This document shows positions 1 to 11,465 of a stretch of 64,000 bases of DNA, piece by piece. The stretch's first letter is position 1, and every line of letters starts with the position of its first letter. Source of the DNA: Squalus acanthias. Taxonomy: Eukaryota. A program made the position numbers and the translations under genes. Where the stretch lies: assembly GCA_030390025.1 (NCBI GenBank), contig CM059433.1:20648001-20712000 (forward strand), written 5' to 3'. The notes under the pieces are model-generated. The model had not been told where the DNA came from. It saw only the letters and a list, made by a program, of their open reading frames with translations, and ran no database searches.

Positions 1-1208
1 TGGTCTAGTTAAGTTTCTGGTCAATGGTGACCCCCAGGATATTGATGGTGGGGGATTCGGCAATGGTAATGCCGTTGAATGTCAAGGGGAGGTGGTTAGA
101 CTATCGCTTGTTGGAGATAGTCATTGCCTGGCACTTGTGTGGCGCGAATGTTACCTGCCACTTATCAGCCCAAGCCTGAACGTCGTCCAGGTCTTGCTGC
201 ATGAGGGCATGGACTGCTTCATTATCTGAGGAGGTGCGAATGGCACTGAACACTGTGCAGTCATCAGCGAGCATCCCTACTTCTGACCTTATGATGGAGG
301 GAAAGTCATTGATGAAGCAGCTGAAGATGGTTGGGCCTAGGACACTGCCCTGAGGAACTCCTGCAGCGATGTCCTGGGGCTGTGATGATTGACCTCCAAC
401 CACCACAACCATCTTCCTTTGTGCTCGGTATGACTCCAGCCAGTGGAGAGTTTCACCCCCCCCCCACCCCCCACCCTCCGATTCCCATTGATTTCAGTTT
501 TACTAGGGCTCCTTGATGCCACACTCGGTCAAATGCTGCCTTGATGTCAAGGGTAGTCACTCTCACCTCACCTCTGGAATTCAGCTCTTTTGTCCATGTT
601 AGGACCAAGGCTGTAATGAGGTCTGGACCTGCGTGGTCCTGGCGGAACCCAAACTGAGCATCAGTGAGCAGGTTATTGGTGAGTAAGTGCATCACTTTGC
701 TGATGATTGAGAGTAAACTGATGGGCGGTAATTGGACGGATTGGATTTGTCCTGCTTTTTGTGGACAGGACATACCTGGGCAGTTTTCCACATTGTCGGA
801 TAGATGCCAGTGTTATAGCTGTACTGGAACAGCTTGGCTCGAGGCGCGGCTCGTTCTGGAGCACAAGTCTTCAGCACGTCAGCCGGGATGTTGTCGGAGC
901 CCACAGCTTTTGCTGTATCAAGTGCGCTCAGCCATTTCTTGATATCATGTGGAGTGAATAGAATTGGCTGAAGACTGACTTCTGTGGTGGTGGCGACCTC
1001 AGGAGGCTGATATGGATCATCCACTCGGCACTTCTGGCTGAAGATGGTTGCAAACGCTTCAGCTTTGTCTTTTGCACTCACGTGATTGGCTCCACCATCA
1101 TTGAGGATGGGGATATTCATGGAGCCTCCTCCTCCCGTTAGTTGTTTAATGGTCCACCACCATTCACGACCAGATGTGGCTGGATTGCAGAGCTTTGATC
1201 TGATCCGT
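1..1208 (-). mobile_element. CR1-group LINE family A, 5'-truncated RT fragment that runs off the window start
   Basis: Minus-strand ORF pieces contain GVPQGSVLGP, LADDC, QFGFR, LDIKAAFDRVWH and SNYRP. Homologous to 40000-41150 and 56800-58030. Confidence 0.9.
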
Positions 1209-2114
1209 AGAGAAACACAGTCATCTTAATACAAGTAGTGTTGACCTGAGTTGAAGAGGGGGGGAACCATACTGGATGCTCACTCTGTGCTAGTGGAGAG
1301 TCATCTACAAAGGTTAAGGATGACCACATAGCAAAAGACAATTAACTTTGTGTGTAGTGGGCCTATTGCACAGATGGTGCTGGAATCTCCCATTATTGCA
1401 CACTGACTGAGCCAATCTTTTTTTTAATTAAAGTTCATACCTTTATATGAAATCTCCACATCCTGACTGAGTGTTGACTGTATGTCAAAATAGACTGAAA
1501 ATAGAACGCCAGACAATTGCCTCATTGTACCTGAAGCCAGCTGCATCTGAAAAGGCAGTCCCTATGTTTCATACAGTGGGTTTCATCTAAATATTTATTG
1601 ATCATTTGCCTGTCATCGCTGGTTACACATTAGTTATTAATTGAAACATTTGGAATCAGAATTACAGGGTTATTAAAATATGGCCAACATTATCAATGGT
1701 ATGTTATTAAAGCTTCTTAAATTCTCTTTTGGGAAAAATACTGTTTTCAGGTATTTTTAACTAATTTTCAAGCTTAATTATTCTTTTTTTTTTTACTGCA
1801 GCTAAGAAATCTACCCTTTTTTGGATAACTAACTCACAGGCCTGAATTTGAGTTAATATCAGGAATTGAACATATCCAACTCCATATCCTCTCCATCACA
1901 AAGACTGTCTGCTTCCACCTCCCCCATAACATTATCTGCATCCAATCCTGTCATGCTCTGCCACTGAAACCCTTATCCTTGCAGGGGACTTTCCCTGGGA
2001 ACAGTCCAGTTTTTACCATTCCAATGCTTTCCTGATCAGCCTCTGTAATCCAAAACTTTACTGCCTGTATCCTTTGCTGCAGCAACTGTCACTTGCTCAT
2101 CAGCCCTGGCCTTG

Positions 2115-2580
2115 CTGTGGCTCAGTTGGCAGCACTCTCGCCTCTGAGTCAGAAGGTTGGGGGTTCAAGTCCCACTCCAGGGACTTGAGCACATAAAAAG
2201 CTAGGCTGACACTCCAGTGCAGTGCTGAGGGAGTGCTGCACTGTCGGAGGTACCGTCTTTCGGATGAGACGTTAAACCGAGGCCCTGTCTGTTCTCTCAG
2301 GTGGACGTAAAAGATCCCATGGCACTATTTCGAAGAAGAGCAGGGGAGTTATCCCCAGTGTCCTGGCCGATATTTATCCGTCAACGTAACATAACAAGAA
2401 CAGATTATCTGGTCATTATCACATTGCTGTTTGTGGGAGCTTGCTGTGTGCAGATTGGTTGCCGCCTTTCCCACCTTACAACAGTGACTTCACTTCAAAA
2501 AGTACTTCAGTGGCTGTAAAGCGCTTTGAGACATCCGGTGGTCGTGAAAGGCGCTATATTATTGCAAGTCTTTCTTTCTT
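2115..2580 (+). mobile_element. tRNA-derived Deu-domain SINE (SacSINE1/AmnSINE1-like)
   Basis: A box TGGCTCAGTTGG, B box GGTTCAAGTCC, Deu core gtctttcggatgagacgttaaaccgaggcc...gatcccatggcactatttcgaagaagagcagggg, (tctt)n tail, flanking tggcc(t/c)gctg-type duplication. Confidence 0.85.
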
Positions 2581-2623
2581 GGCCTCGCTGACCTATATTG
2601 ACTCCTGGTCCCCCAAACACGTT

Positions 2624-3368
2624 AGGCTCGATTTTGTCATTGGGGTGGGCTGGGGTCGTGTCATCCGCTTTTCGTGTTAGCCACCCAACTCCAATTGGAT
2701 GTGGGAGAATTATTCGATTTTCCCCTAATTGGGCAATTGAGTTCCAGCATGTGGGAACCCATGACCCAATTAGTTTTTTCAGTCTGAAAGTCGCCTCTGA
2801 TGATGTCATCATTGCTGCTGCATTTAAGGTCTGCAAAGACTGGGAAGCTTTTGGCCTTTGCTGTGAGAGGGACCTGGAGGCAAAATGAGCAGCAGGAGAC
2901 CTAAGTCATCTCCCAGATTTTTTTTGTACCACCACCACCACCACCACCACCACTACTACTACTCCAGGCTCCAAAGTTCCACAACAATGGTTATGACTGC
3001 TAAAAGTTCCCCCAGAATGATGACTGATCAAATCTCCTTCTTAATGGTGGACCTGCAGCTGATAGTCAGCAATCCAAGTGTGCTACCGCCAGGTTTCACC
3101 GTCGTGTTTCAGAGGAGGCGTGCATCACGTCGGAAAAGTGTTAAAATCAGAAAGGCTTCTCAAATTGGGATTATAGAGGCAATTAAGTGGTTGTTAAGGG
3201 CCTTAAGGGTCTATCCCGCCTCTTTGAGGCGGGATCAGAAACCACGCATTTGGGAAAATTGCTCGGAGGCGGGATGGAGGCGGGGTCTGGCCCGCCCGCC
3301 ATTTTTTGCAATTTTAACACCCCACACGCCTCCATTCCCGCCTCCTCGGGCCTGGCAAAATCGAGCCC
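2624..3368. mobile_element. Harbinger-type MITE, 745 bp
   Basis: TIRs AGGCTCGATTTTGTCA and (reverse complement) GGGCTCGATTTTGCCA. GTT TSD at 2621-2623 and 3369-3371. Confidence 0.8.
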
Positions 3369-4603
3369 GTTAAATTTAAAAGTCTCATCCTCGTGTTTAA
3401 GTCCCTTCTCAACCTCACCATTCCCTATCTCTGTAACCTTCTCCAGTCCAACAACCCTCCCCGCTGTCCCTGAACTCTCTGCTGCTATGACTCTGGCCTC
3501 TTGTGCATCTCTCCTCCCTTGACCCCACCATTGGGACATTGACTTCAGCTGCCTAGACACCACTCTACACTCTTCCACCTCTATTTCCACTCTCTTATTT
3601 TAAAACCTTCCATAATAGTTACCTCTTTGACCAAGTCATCCTCCTGAAATCTCCTTGTTTGGTTCGGTGTCCATTTTTATGATTGTACCTCTGTGAAGCA
3701 CTTTGGGACATTTTTCTATATTATAGATGGTTTATGAATGCAAATTGTTATTTTAATCCCCTTCCCCATGCACATCTGTTGGAATTTCTCAAAGATTGTC
3801 ATTTAACAAAACCTCTACAGTCCTTAATAAGCAAAGTTTTTTCTGGCAATTTTTCGTAAACTACATTTTAGCAATGTAGCATGAGTCAGAGCAGTAAAGC
3901 TGAGAAAAGAAATCATTTTTAAATTCACGCCTCAGTTTACTGCCATCTGCTCTTTTGCGAAATGTTATACACAGAAGAAAATATGACACTTGATTACCTT
4001 GAAACTTTCCCATTTACACATTCTTCAGTACCACCATTTTATTGAGCAGTTAACATGCACATTTTACCACAGGCACACGATATTGAGTCGCAGAAATACA
4101 TCTGCACTGAACTTTCATTGTCTTGTGCACTTGCTCCTTGGAGACTGTTTTCACACAGATAAATGCATCTGCTTCTTATTCACCCATTACATTCTTTAGT
4201 AACAAGAGAACAACAAGTCTTTTATCATGAACTGTCAAACCTTTCCTACTACAGTTGTCAGAATAAGTATAATCTCTATCAGTGAGTGAACCTATGAGCC
4301 TACTCACAATAAGCTTGCAAAGCTGTTCTGAAAGATATTGGGGGAAAAATTCGGTTGCTTAGCGCCTCCCGTTAGCGCCTCCGGGGCGCTAGGAAGATAG
4401 CACCGCTCGCGAAATTGACCAGACTTTTTGCGGCGGTGCTAAACACTACCGCCAGGATCTCCTGCGCCCGCAGATCGTGATGTCAGTCGAGCGTGCAACG
4501 CCCCGGACCGGATATTGAGTCACGCCCCCTGCCTTTCCGCTTGCCGCTAGCAACGACAGGTAGAGGGGAACGTTTTGCAGTCAGGAAGGGGCTGGGGGAG
4601 CGC

Positions 4604-4611
4604 TATTTAAA
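4604..4611 (+). promoter_or_regulatory. TATA-like box (TATTTAAA) upstream of the transposase
   Basis: Lies ~180 bp before the inferred start. Retained (as tttaaata) in the derivative element at ~44985, and a similar tatatttaaagg lies upstream of the second Myb gene at ~30990. Confidence 0.4.
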
Positions 4612-4781
4612 GGCGGCCGCTTCCCGCCTTTTCTTGTTGGCGAAATTTTTGCACCACGCATTCTGAGAGGGAGACAGACTTCTGGAGATATTCAACGCTG
4701 TGTGAAGGAGTATTAGGTCCTAAGCAGCACTTTGCAGGTTCATTTTGATTTGGCCTTCATTCCAGCGATTTAGAAGAGACC

Positions 4782-5939
4782 AAGGGGGCTGCACTGAATC
4801 GGGGCGTTGTCCTGCACCTGCAGAATCGGAGGCAGCAGAGATGCAGAGAGAGAGTGGCAAACATGGCCAGAGGGAGGAGGGCCAACAGGCCTCTGCACAG
4901 GAGACCTTACCCTCCGAGGGTATTCAGGGAGCAATTCTCATACCTTCATTTGTCTGTAGAGCAGTGTTTGCGCAGGCTGCGCTTCAGCAAGGAGGTGGTC
5001 ACTGAGCTCTGCCACCTGCTGCAACCAGATCAGCAGCCTCAACTCAGGACCAGGACGTCTCTGTCGGTGGCAGTGAAGGTGACAGTGGCTCTGAATTTTT
5101 AAGTCAGTGGCTCCTTTCAAGCTTCTACTGGGGACATCACCAATATTTCCCAGTTCGCTGTCCTTTGCTGTATCCGGGAGGTGACAAATGCCCTGTATAA
5201 AAGGAGACGCCAGTACATCTCTTTCCCCATGACCCGGGCCAAACAGCATGAATGCACATGTGGCTTTGCTAGGATAGTGAGCTTCCCCATGGTGCAGGGC
5301 GCCATTGATTGCATGCATGTGGCATTGTGGGCACCGCATGAAAATGCAGAGGTATTCCGAAACCGCAAGGGCTACCACTCCTTAAATGTGCAGCTGGTCT
5401 GTGACCACACACAGCTCATACTCGCCGTCAATGTCCTCTATCCTGGCAGCAGCCACGATGCTTTCATCCCGCACCAGACTGGTGTGCCAGACCTTTTCCA
5501 GGCACCGCATCACCCAAGTGGATGGCTCCTCGGGGACAAGGGCTATCCACTCTGCACCTGGCTGATGACACCGCTCCGTAACCCCAACACCCCTGCCGAG
5601 CTGCGGTATAATGAGAGCCATATCACCACCAGGAACATAATTGAGCAGACGATCGGTGTGCTGAAGCAACGGTTCCGCTGTCTGGACCACTCAGGAGGAG
5701 CCCTGCAGTACTCTCCTGAGCGAGTCTCCCTGTTCATAGTTGTGTGCTGCATGCTTCACAACCTGGCAATCCTGAGGACCCAGCCAATGCCACCAGGAAT
5801 TGGTGCACCACCTGAGGAGGAGGAGAAGGGAGAGGAGGAGGAAGAGGAGGATCAGCAGCAGCACCAACGTGGGAGGGAGGCGCACACTGTTGCCAGTGCA
5901 AGGGCCGTCCGTGAACGGCTGATAAGAAGCCGCTTCTAG
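4782..5939 (+). pseudogene. Harbinger (HARBI1-like, DDE_Tnp_4) transposase, inactivated
   Basis: One frame runs 4782-5939. The probable start ATG reads AAG (AAG GGG GCT…), and there is one in-frame TAA at 5100-5102 in LNF*VSGSFQ. Catalytic motifs GAIDCMHV, YPGSSHD, LLGDKGY and RNIIEQTIGVLKQRFRCL are intact, followed by CCMLHN and an acidic tail. Confidence 0.92.
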
Positions 5940-6199
5940 GTCCCTACTCAGAAGATGGCTTCTAGCATGGAGAACAACCCGCACCCCCTATTGCCGGCCA
6001 AAACTGGAATGATTCCAAAGACCAAAAATGTAAATTTTGAGTACAAAAACTTTTTTATTTAACAAACTCTGTGTGTGTCATTTATTCAGGACAATTAGAA
6101 ACCAACACAACAAATCATGAACTAACAGAACTCGTTCTCACAAGATGGAGATAAATGGCACGAACCTCGACCTTTACCACAAACATTCCCACAATTTCT

Positions 6200-7880
6200 T
6201 TAGACCTCCTACTGTTTGCCCTTCGAGGGTGCTCTCCATGCCCTGCGCACTTCCCCCCTTCCCACCCTACTGCTCCTCCATAATGGGGCCCCATTGGCTG
6301 CAGCAAGGCTGGGGGAAGGCTGCTGAATGTCAGTTCCAGAGACGGCTGTCATCCTGAGAGAGGATAGCACCTTCCTGCTCGACCGACACACTGGCACTCC
6401 CACGGGGCAGTACCTCAGCATCCGGAGCAATCTGCTCGAGCACAGATTGTTGGCCTGCTGTGGCACCGTGAGAGCCCCGGGGCAATGTGGCCGACCCAGC
6501 GAGGCGAGGATGGCAGCAGTCAGTGCTTACGTGACATCACTCTGAGACTGCATGAGAGCAGTCTGAGATGGCACCAGCCAATGACTGAATTGCAGCACTA
6601 AGCCGTTGCGTTGGCCTGTGCTGCAGCGGAGTGCTCCACACTCCTAGCCAGTCCATCCATGCTTTCGGGCACCTTTGCTATTGCACCCATGAGCTCAGTG
6701 TGCATGCTCAAGGCCTGGCTATTCATGGCCGTGATGGCGCGGTCCTCATCTGAGTCCTGTGCAGCAGGACTCGCTTGCCTACTAACCCAACGGGGTGCTG
6801 GCCCCCCGAGCTCCCCTACCCCCATGGCGTTGCTGCAGCCTGCTGGGTCCAGGAGCTTCACCCTCATCAGACCCTACCCCCTTGCTCGCCTCCAGGGAAG
6901 GCATGGTCCCAGTGTCAGAATGGGCTCCCTCGGGAGACGCAGGCAGTGAGGCTCCGGCTTCCTCTTCGTTCTCGCCTGGGGCGTCGCTGCCATTGGTAGT
7001 TTGAGGGACAGGCTGGTCAGCTGGTGGTTCACTATCTGAAAGCATGGAGGTACAAGAGTGGCTTTAGCGTGAGGACAAGGGGGCAGTAAAGGAGCAAGGA
7101 CTGGAGACAGTTAGTAAGTTGGATTGGAAGTGTAAAAGGCTGGTGTTGTGAGGGGCAAGTGGAATGAGAGAGGAGAGAAAGCTGATGAACATACCATTGC
7201 TGTCCCCAAGGGGGGTCCATCTCTCCAGCAGCCACGGCACCTATGACCTGGCTGGCAACGATCCTGTGCATGCGCGCCTCCAAATTGGTTAGGGTGTGTA
7301 GGTCAGCCGGTCCTCCTCCCGTGCGTTGCTGCTCCCGCCTGTTATGAGAGAGCTTGGCCTGCAAGAAAAAGGACGGCGTCTGAGTGAATATGCAGCCATG
7401 TGCTTGCCTGATGTGCCTCCCATAGTTGAATAGCCCTTAATGTATGCAGCCATGTGCTTGCCTGATGTGCCTCCCATAGTTGAATAGCCCTTAATGTATG
7501 CAAGGTGTGGAATGTCCGTGTGTGTTTTATGAGATGGCTATAGGTCTTGGATGAGTGTTGGGAATTTGGGATTTTTAAACCCTCTGGGCACAGAGTGAAG
7601 TTGAGATGGAGGGATGTAGAGGTATTGAAAAGCAGCCACACACCCTGACCACCCGAGTGAGGTCGTTGAACTTCTTACGACATTGGGTGTGGGTCCTCGG
7701 CACCAGGCTCCTCGCGGAGACATGCTGAGCCACCTCCCTCCAGACTCTTCTGTATTCACGGGGCAATGGCCTCCTGCCACTCTGTGGGTAGAGCAGTGCC
7801 CGTCACCGCTCCACAGCGCCAACCAGAGCCACCAAGGCCTGGTCGCTGAAGCGCTGAGCTCTTTCCCTGGGCCTATCCAT
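6200..7880 (-). pseudogene. Harbinger Myb/SANT-like DNA-binding protein gene with three exons (7880-7644, 7358-7195, 7035-~6200)
   Basis: Exon 1 is MDRPRERAQRFSDQALVALVGAVER*RALLYP…VWREVAQHVSARSLVPRTHTQCRKKFNDLTRVVR with one TGA at 7803-7805, donor GTGTGT. Exon 2 follows ttcttgcAG and reads AKLSHNRREQQRTGGGP…, donor GTATGT. Exon 3 follows ctttcAG in matching phase, is low-complexity and has a frameshift and a stop. The 3' end is approximate. Confidence 0.85.
7389..7502. repeat. Perfect 54-bp tandem duplication in intron 1 of the Myb gene
   Basis: tatgcagccatgtgcttgcctgatgtgcctcccatagttgaatagcccttaatg occurs at 7389 and 7443, plus a partial copy at 7497. Confidence 0.95.
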
Positions 7881-10699
7881 TAGTGGTTCCAGCACAATTG
7901 CTTTAGAGGTCTCTCCAGTCCGAGATTCAAGGCTGCAATGAGCAGGGTGTGGCTGGCCAGCAACATGGACCCTCCCCTTTAAGAACTGGCCGGCGCCAGT
8001 CTGTCTGTGTTCCATTGCTAACTGACATCACCTGAGCTTCGGTAGCACTCTGAGGTAGTGCCTCGCTCCTCGACGTTAGCGCCTTAAGAGGTGTGTAGCG
8101 CCTGATTCAGCGCTCAAATCACCTCCAGGGGCGATGGAGGCCAATTTTGCAGTTGGAGGCGATAATTAGCGCCAGGCGCTAAACTTTGTGCCCGGCCGAT
8201 AGTAGTGCCCCAATGGGGCGATACCGAATTTCTCCCCCATTAACTTACCAACTCTGATGTGAGTGCTTTCTTTTGTGATTGAAACTAAGATGTTGTTCGC
8301 AATCAGGAGAAGTCATCGAGTGATGATGGGTAGCTTGGATGTTGAAAACTTTTTTAGCAGGGTTTGCGTGCATACTGAGTGTTACCCTTCAAGTAAAATC
8401 TGCCTCCCCATCACAGCATTGCAGTATTAAGAACATTTTGTCAGTTCTTTATCGACCTCTCAACTGTACTTTTTTAATGCCAAAGTCCTGATATTTATGA
8501 AGACCACTGCGGAAAGCTCTTATTGTTTAAATGAAGAGCTAAACTCGGTAATGTTGTCAATTAAACTTTTGGATTGAAAGAAGAATAATTTTGTACAGGA
8601 GGTGCGTCTTACCACTGGGAAGCTCCTCTCCCTTCTGCTATATACTCCGTTGTCATTGGCAAGGCATCTTGATTCGATTCAGCATTTCAGCTGGATAGGG
8701 TTAGGAACTCAAGAGCCAAGGGAATCCTTAGGCTGGTAGCTGATCTTTGCTCACCCACTTTCTGGTCTCAGCACACAAACATGGCAGACTGTTCCCTCTA
8801 ATAGTTTGAACTTTGCTCAGCAAGTGGATTTTAATGGTGCCATTGACTGGTTTGTGAACAAGTACACTCTCAGGTACAGTGATGTTTGACTCATGTTCAA
8901 GTACAGAAAATTATATTTTTATGCCAAGCTTGAGTTTTGTTAAAGCCGCTTTTAAATTAAATTGACCTGTGGCTAATGTTGCTAGGTGTAGGCATTGACA
9001 GTGTCAGGCAGGGATGCTTTCAACATGTAGTTTGAGTTGTCGGTGTTCATTTTCCCATTCCCTTCAAGTTTTTCATTTGAAAGTAAACACCTCATTGTTG
9101 GCTTCCTCAGTTCTCTAATTGAGGAATTATTCCCCCCCAATTCTCTATCTCAATTGCCGGTCTGTCCCATCTTCTATAAATGTGAGCATTGATGGCTATT
9201 GGAACTCCTCCAGCTTATGACCATAATTCTATATTTTTGTTGATTGTCATTCCATGCTGTCTGGAAACGTCTTCATGTTTTAATTTTTCCTTAGTTTTTA
9301 CATAGAATTGCATAGAAATTACAACAAGGAAAAAAAAGTCTGTTGTCTATCCTCCACACCAGCAGGTGTGCCCATGTACTTGGCCTCTTCCCACATCCCT
9401 TTATTCCTCTTACCTTCAACTACCTATCCAACCTATTCTTAATATTCTCACAACTTGATGATATCCCATCACTCTCTTTTGCTTAACTATCTCTGAAACT
9501 GCTGGTTTCTGTGAAATTTTCTTCACAGCCCCATTCGTTTTTTTTTCTCCTTCCTTTTGTTCTCTTCGTCTCCTGCCTACTTTTCCAGTCTTCTCAAGAC
9601 ACTGTCTTCCATATACCCAATAGCTCTTTGGTGTCTCACCCACATGACCATCCTTAATATTTGAGTGTGTGACAGCAGGCTATTTGACTTTGGGGAGAAG
9701 GATGCCATCACAGCCAAGCTCAACCTTGTCCTCACCCAGTGTTCACACTCACAGGCAACGTCCAGCAGGATTCATTCAGGAGTCAACAAGGATTAAACCA
9801 GCAACCACTCTGATTTGGCTAACTCCGTTATACATTGGGCAGTGCATTAATCAATTAAGCCACTGGTTGAGCCACAGACAGCTAAAGTCCTAATCCTTTG
9901 TTGGCATTCATTACCAATTTTACTGAGCCATCACTTTTTAATCATATGAAGCTTCCTTCGTCCTCAAGTCTCAAGCTCCATGCAGCTACATGATGAGAAC
10001 CACATCGAGTGTTTAGTTTCTTGGCCTCAGGGCTTGTAACCAGATTGAAGTTCAAAGCTGCAAGCCTATTAACTTGTTGCAAATCACAGTTTGTGGCAAA
10101 GTACTGTATTAATAAACCAGAGCCTGTTTTATTTATTTTCTAAGATACAAAATCCACGCACGAGTGCCAAAGCTCCACTAAAAAATCTCTCATTGTTTTA
10201 AATAAAGGTTTATTTTTGAGGATGACGTCAGTGAAACTTTTGTATCGAAAGAGGAATGATGTTGTCCCGGAGATGCATTTAAACTCTTGTCCACAAAAAT
10301 TTTTCCTTTGCAACTGTACATCGTGAAAACCCTTGATTAAAGTATTATAGATTCATTTAAAACAAGTATAATTTATTTCTATGAACCTGTCAGCCTGTAA
10401 TGCATTCAAAATCGAATTGTGTGTGTGGTGAGGTTGCATTAACATTTTATAAATGTGGCTGTCACTTGAGGAATTACAGAGGATTTTTATTAAAAAAAAG
10501 ACACATTCTTCCTTTTGACATTTACCATTAGTGGTTGCCATACAATGTAATTTTCTTCTTCAAATACTTTTGAGCAGTTCTGAGTAATTTGCTATCTTTT
10601 GTTGAGGTTTATAAAAATAGCGTCAACTGCAACATTCCCCTTCACCCCACCCCCTACCTTATTGCCAGAATAGGTTTCTCACCGTTTCTGCATGATACC

Positions 10700-11465
10700 A
10701 TGGTGCCATTTCGCTATCGGCAGCTGGAGAGCATTGTTACTGGCAGCGCTACCTTTGCTTCATGCCGAGCAGTTCTGGCAGTCAGGCAATTCTCCTTCCA
10801 AGGAATGCTGGAACCCCGAAAGCCCAAAGAGCGTGAAATGGGAATCGGTCGCCATTTGGGGACCAAAATGGCGCTGGATGTGCGCGCGCACACTTCTGCC
10901 GCGAATCGCGCCGGACGCCATCTTGGTAAAGGACAAACAAGAGGCGTCCTTTACCAATAAGGGGCCTAACGCCAGCTTCTGGTCCCTGCTGCAACTTTGG
11001 TTTGCCCTGAGGCAGCCAGCGCCAGTTCTGATTGCCTCCGGGAAAAAACAATGCTGAGCAACACGTAAGTAAAAAAAAAAAAGCTCAGTACTTAGCATAA
11101 TCACTGCTGCTCCCGGTCCCCAGATCTCCGACCTCACGCCCAACTCCGACCACCAGGGTCCCCCCCCCCATCTCCCGAGCCCCCGCTGACAGCACTCCCA
11201 ACCGTGTTCCCAAGGCCTCCGATTTTCCTACCCAATCCCCGACTCTAAGGCCCACCCGTTCCTCCTCCAGATCCCCCCCGCCATCCAACCCAGTCACTAA
11301 CCTGGAAATTGGAGCATTAACCTGTGCGAGCTCCTACATTACACGATGAGGTCCGAGGCCCAAAATCCATGGCTCCTCGCACCTCCCCACTTGAGCAGGG
11401 GGGCTGTTGAGACCGTGCGGTTAAGGCGCCCCAAAATAGGCGCGCCCGAACTCTTAGGCCAAAGT
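10700..11465. mobile_element. GC/CpG-rich interspersed repeat, probably a non-autonomous DNA transposon
   Basis: Abrupt CpG-rich block resembling the other MITEs. Only one TIR-like end (…ggcgcgcccgaactcttaggcc) is visible. Confidence 0.4.

Larger units (their letters stand above)
1860..3750 (+). mobile_element. Old L2-like LINE 3' fragment, interrupted by a SINE (2115-2580) and a MITE (2624-3368)
   Basis: Resembles the reverse complement of the L2 at 24452-25210 and ends in the ...gtgaagcactttgggac...aatgcaaattgttat tail. Edges are approximate. Confidence 0.6.
4340..8238. mobile_element. Full-length PIF/Harbinger DNA transposon, 3899 bp
   Basis: TIRs GGGGGAAAAATTCGGT and GGGGGAGAAATTCGGT (15/16). 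ATT TSD at 4337-4339 and 8239-8241. Subterminal (t)agcgcc/ggcgct repeats. Contains a transposase and a convergent Myb/SANT gene. Confidence 0.95.

Noticed and set aside
2885..3373. 162-aa ORF with a poly-His run
   Set aside because: It lies inside a MITE, the His/Tyr run is a (CAC)n(TAC)n microsatellite, and no domain is recognisable.
5181..5939. Domesticated host HARBI1 gene
   Set aside because: It is enclosed by TIRs and a TSD with a partner Myb gene and has an upstream in-frame stop, so it is a transposon copy.
7389..7502. CRISPR-like repeat
   Set aside because: Simple head-to-tail 54-bp duplication with no spacers, in eukaryotic DNA.
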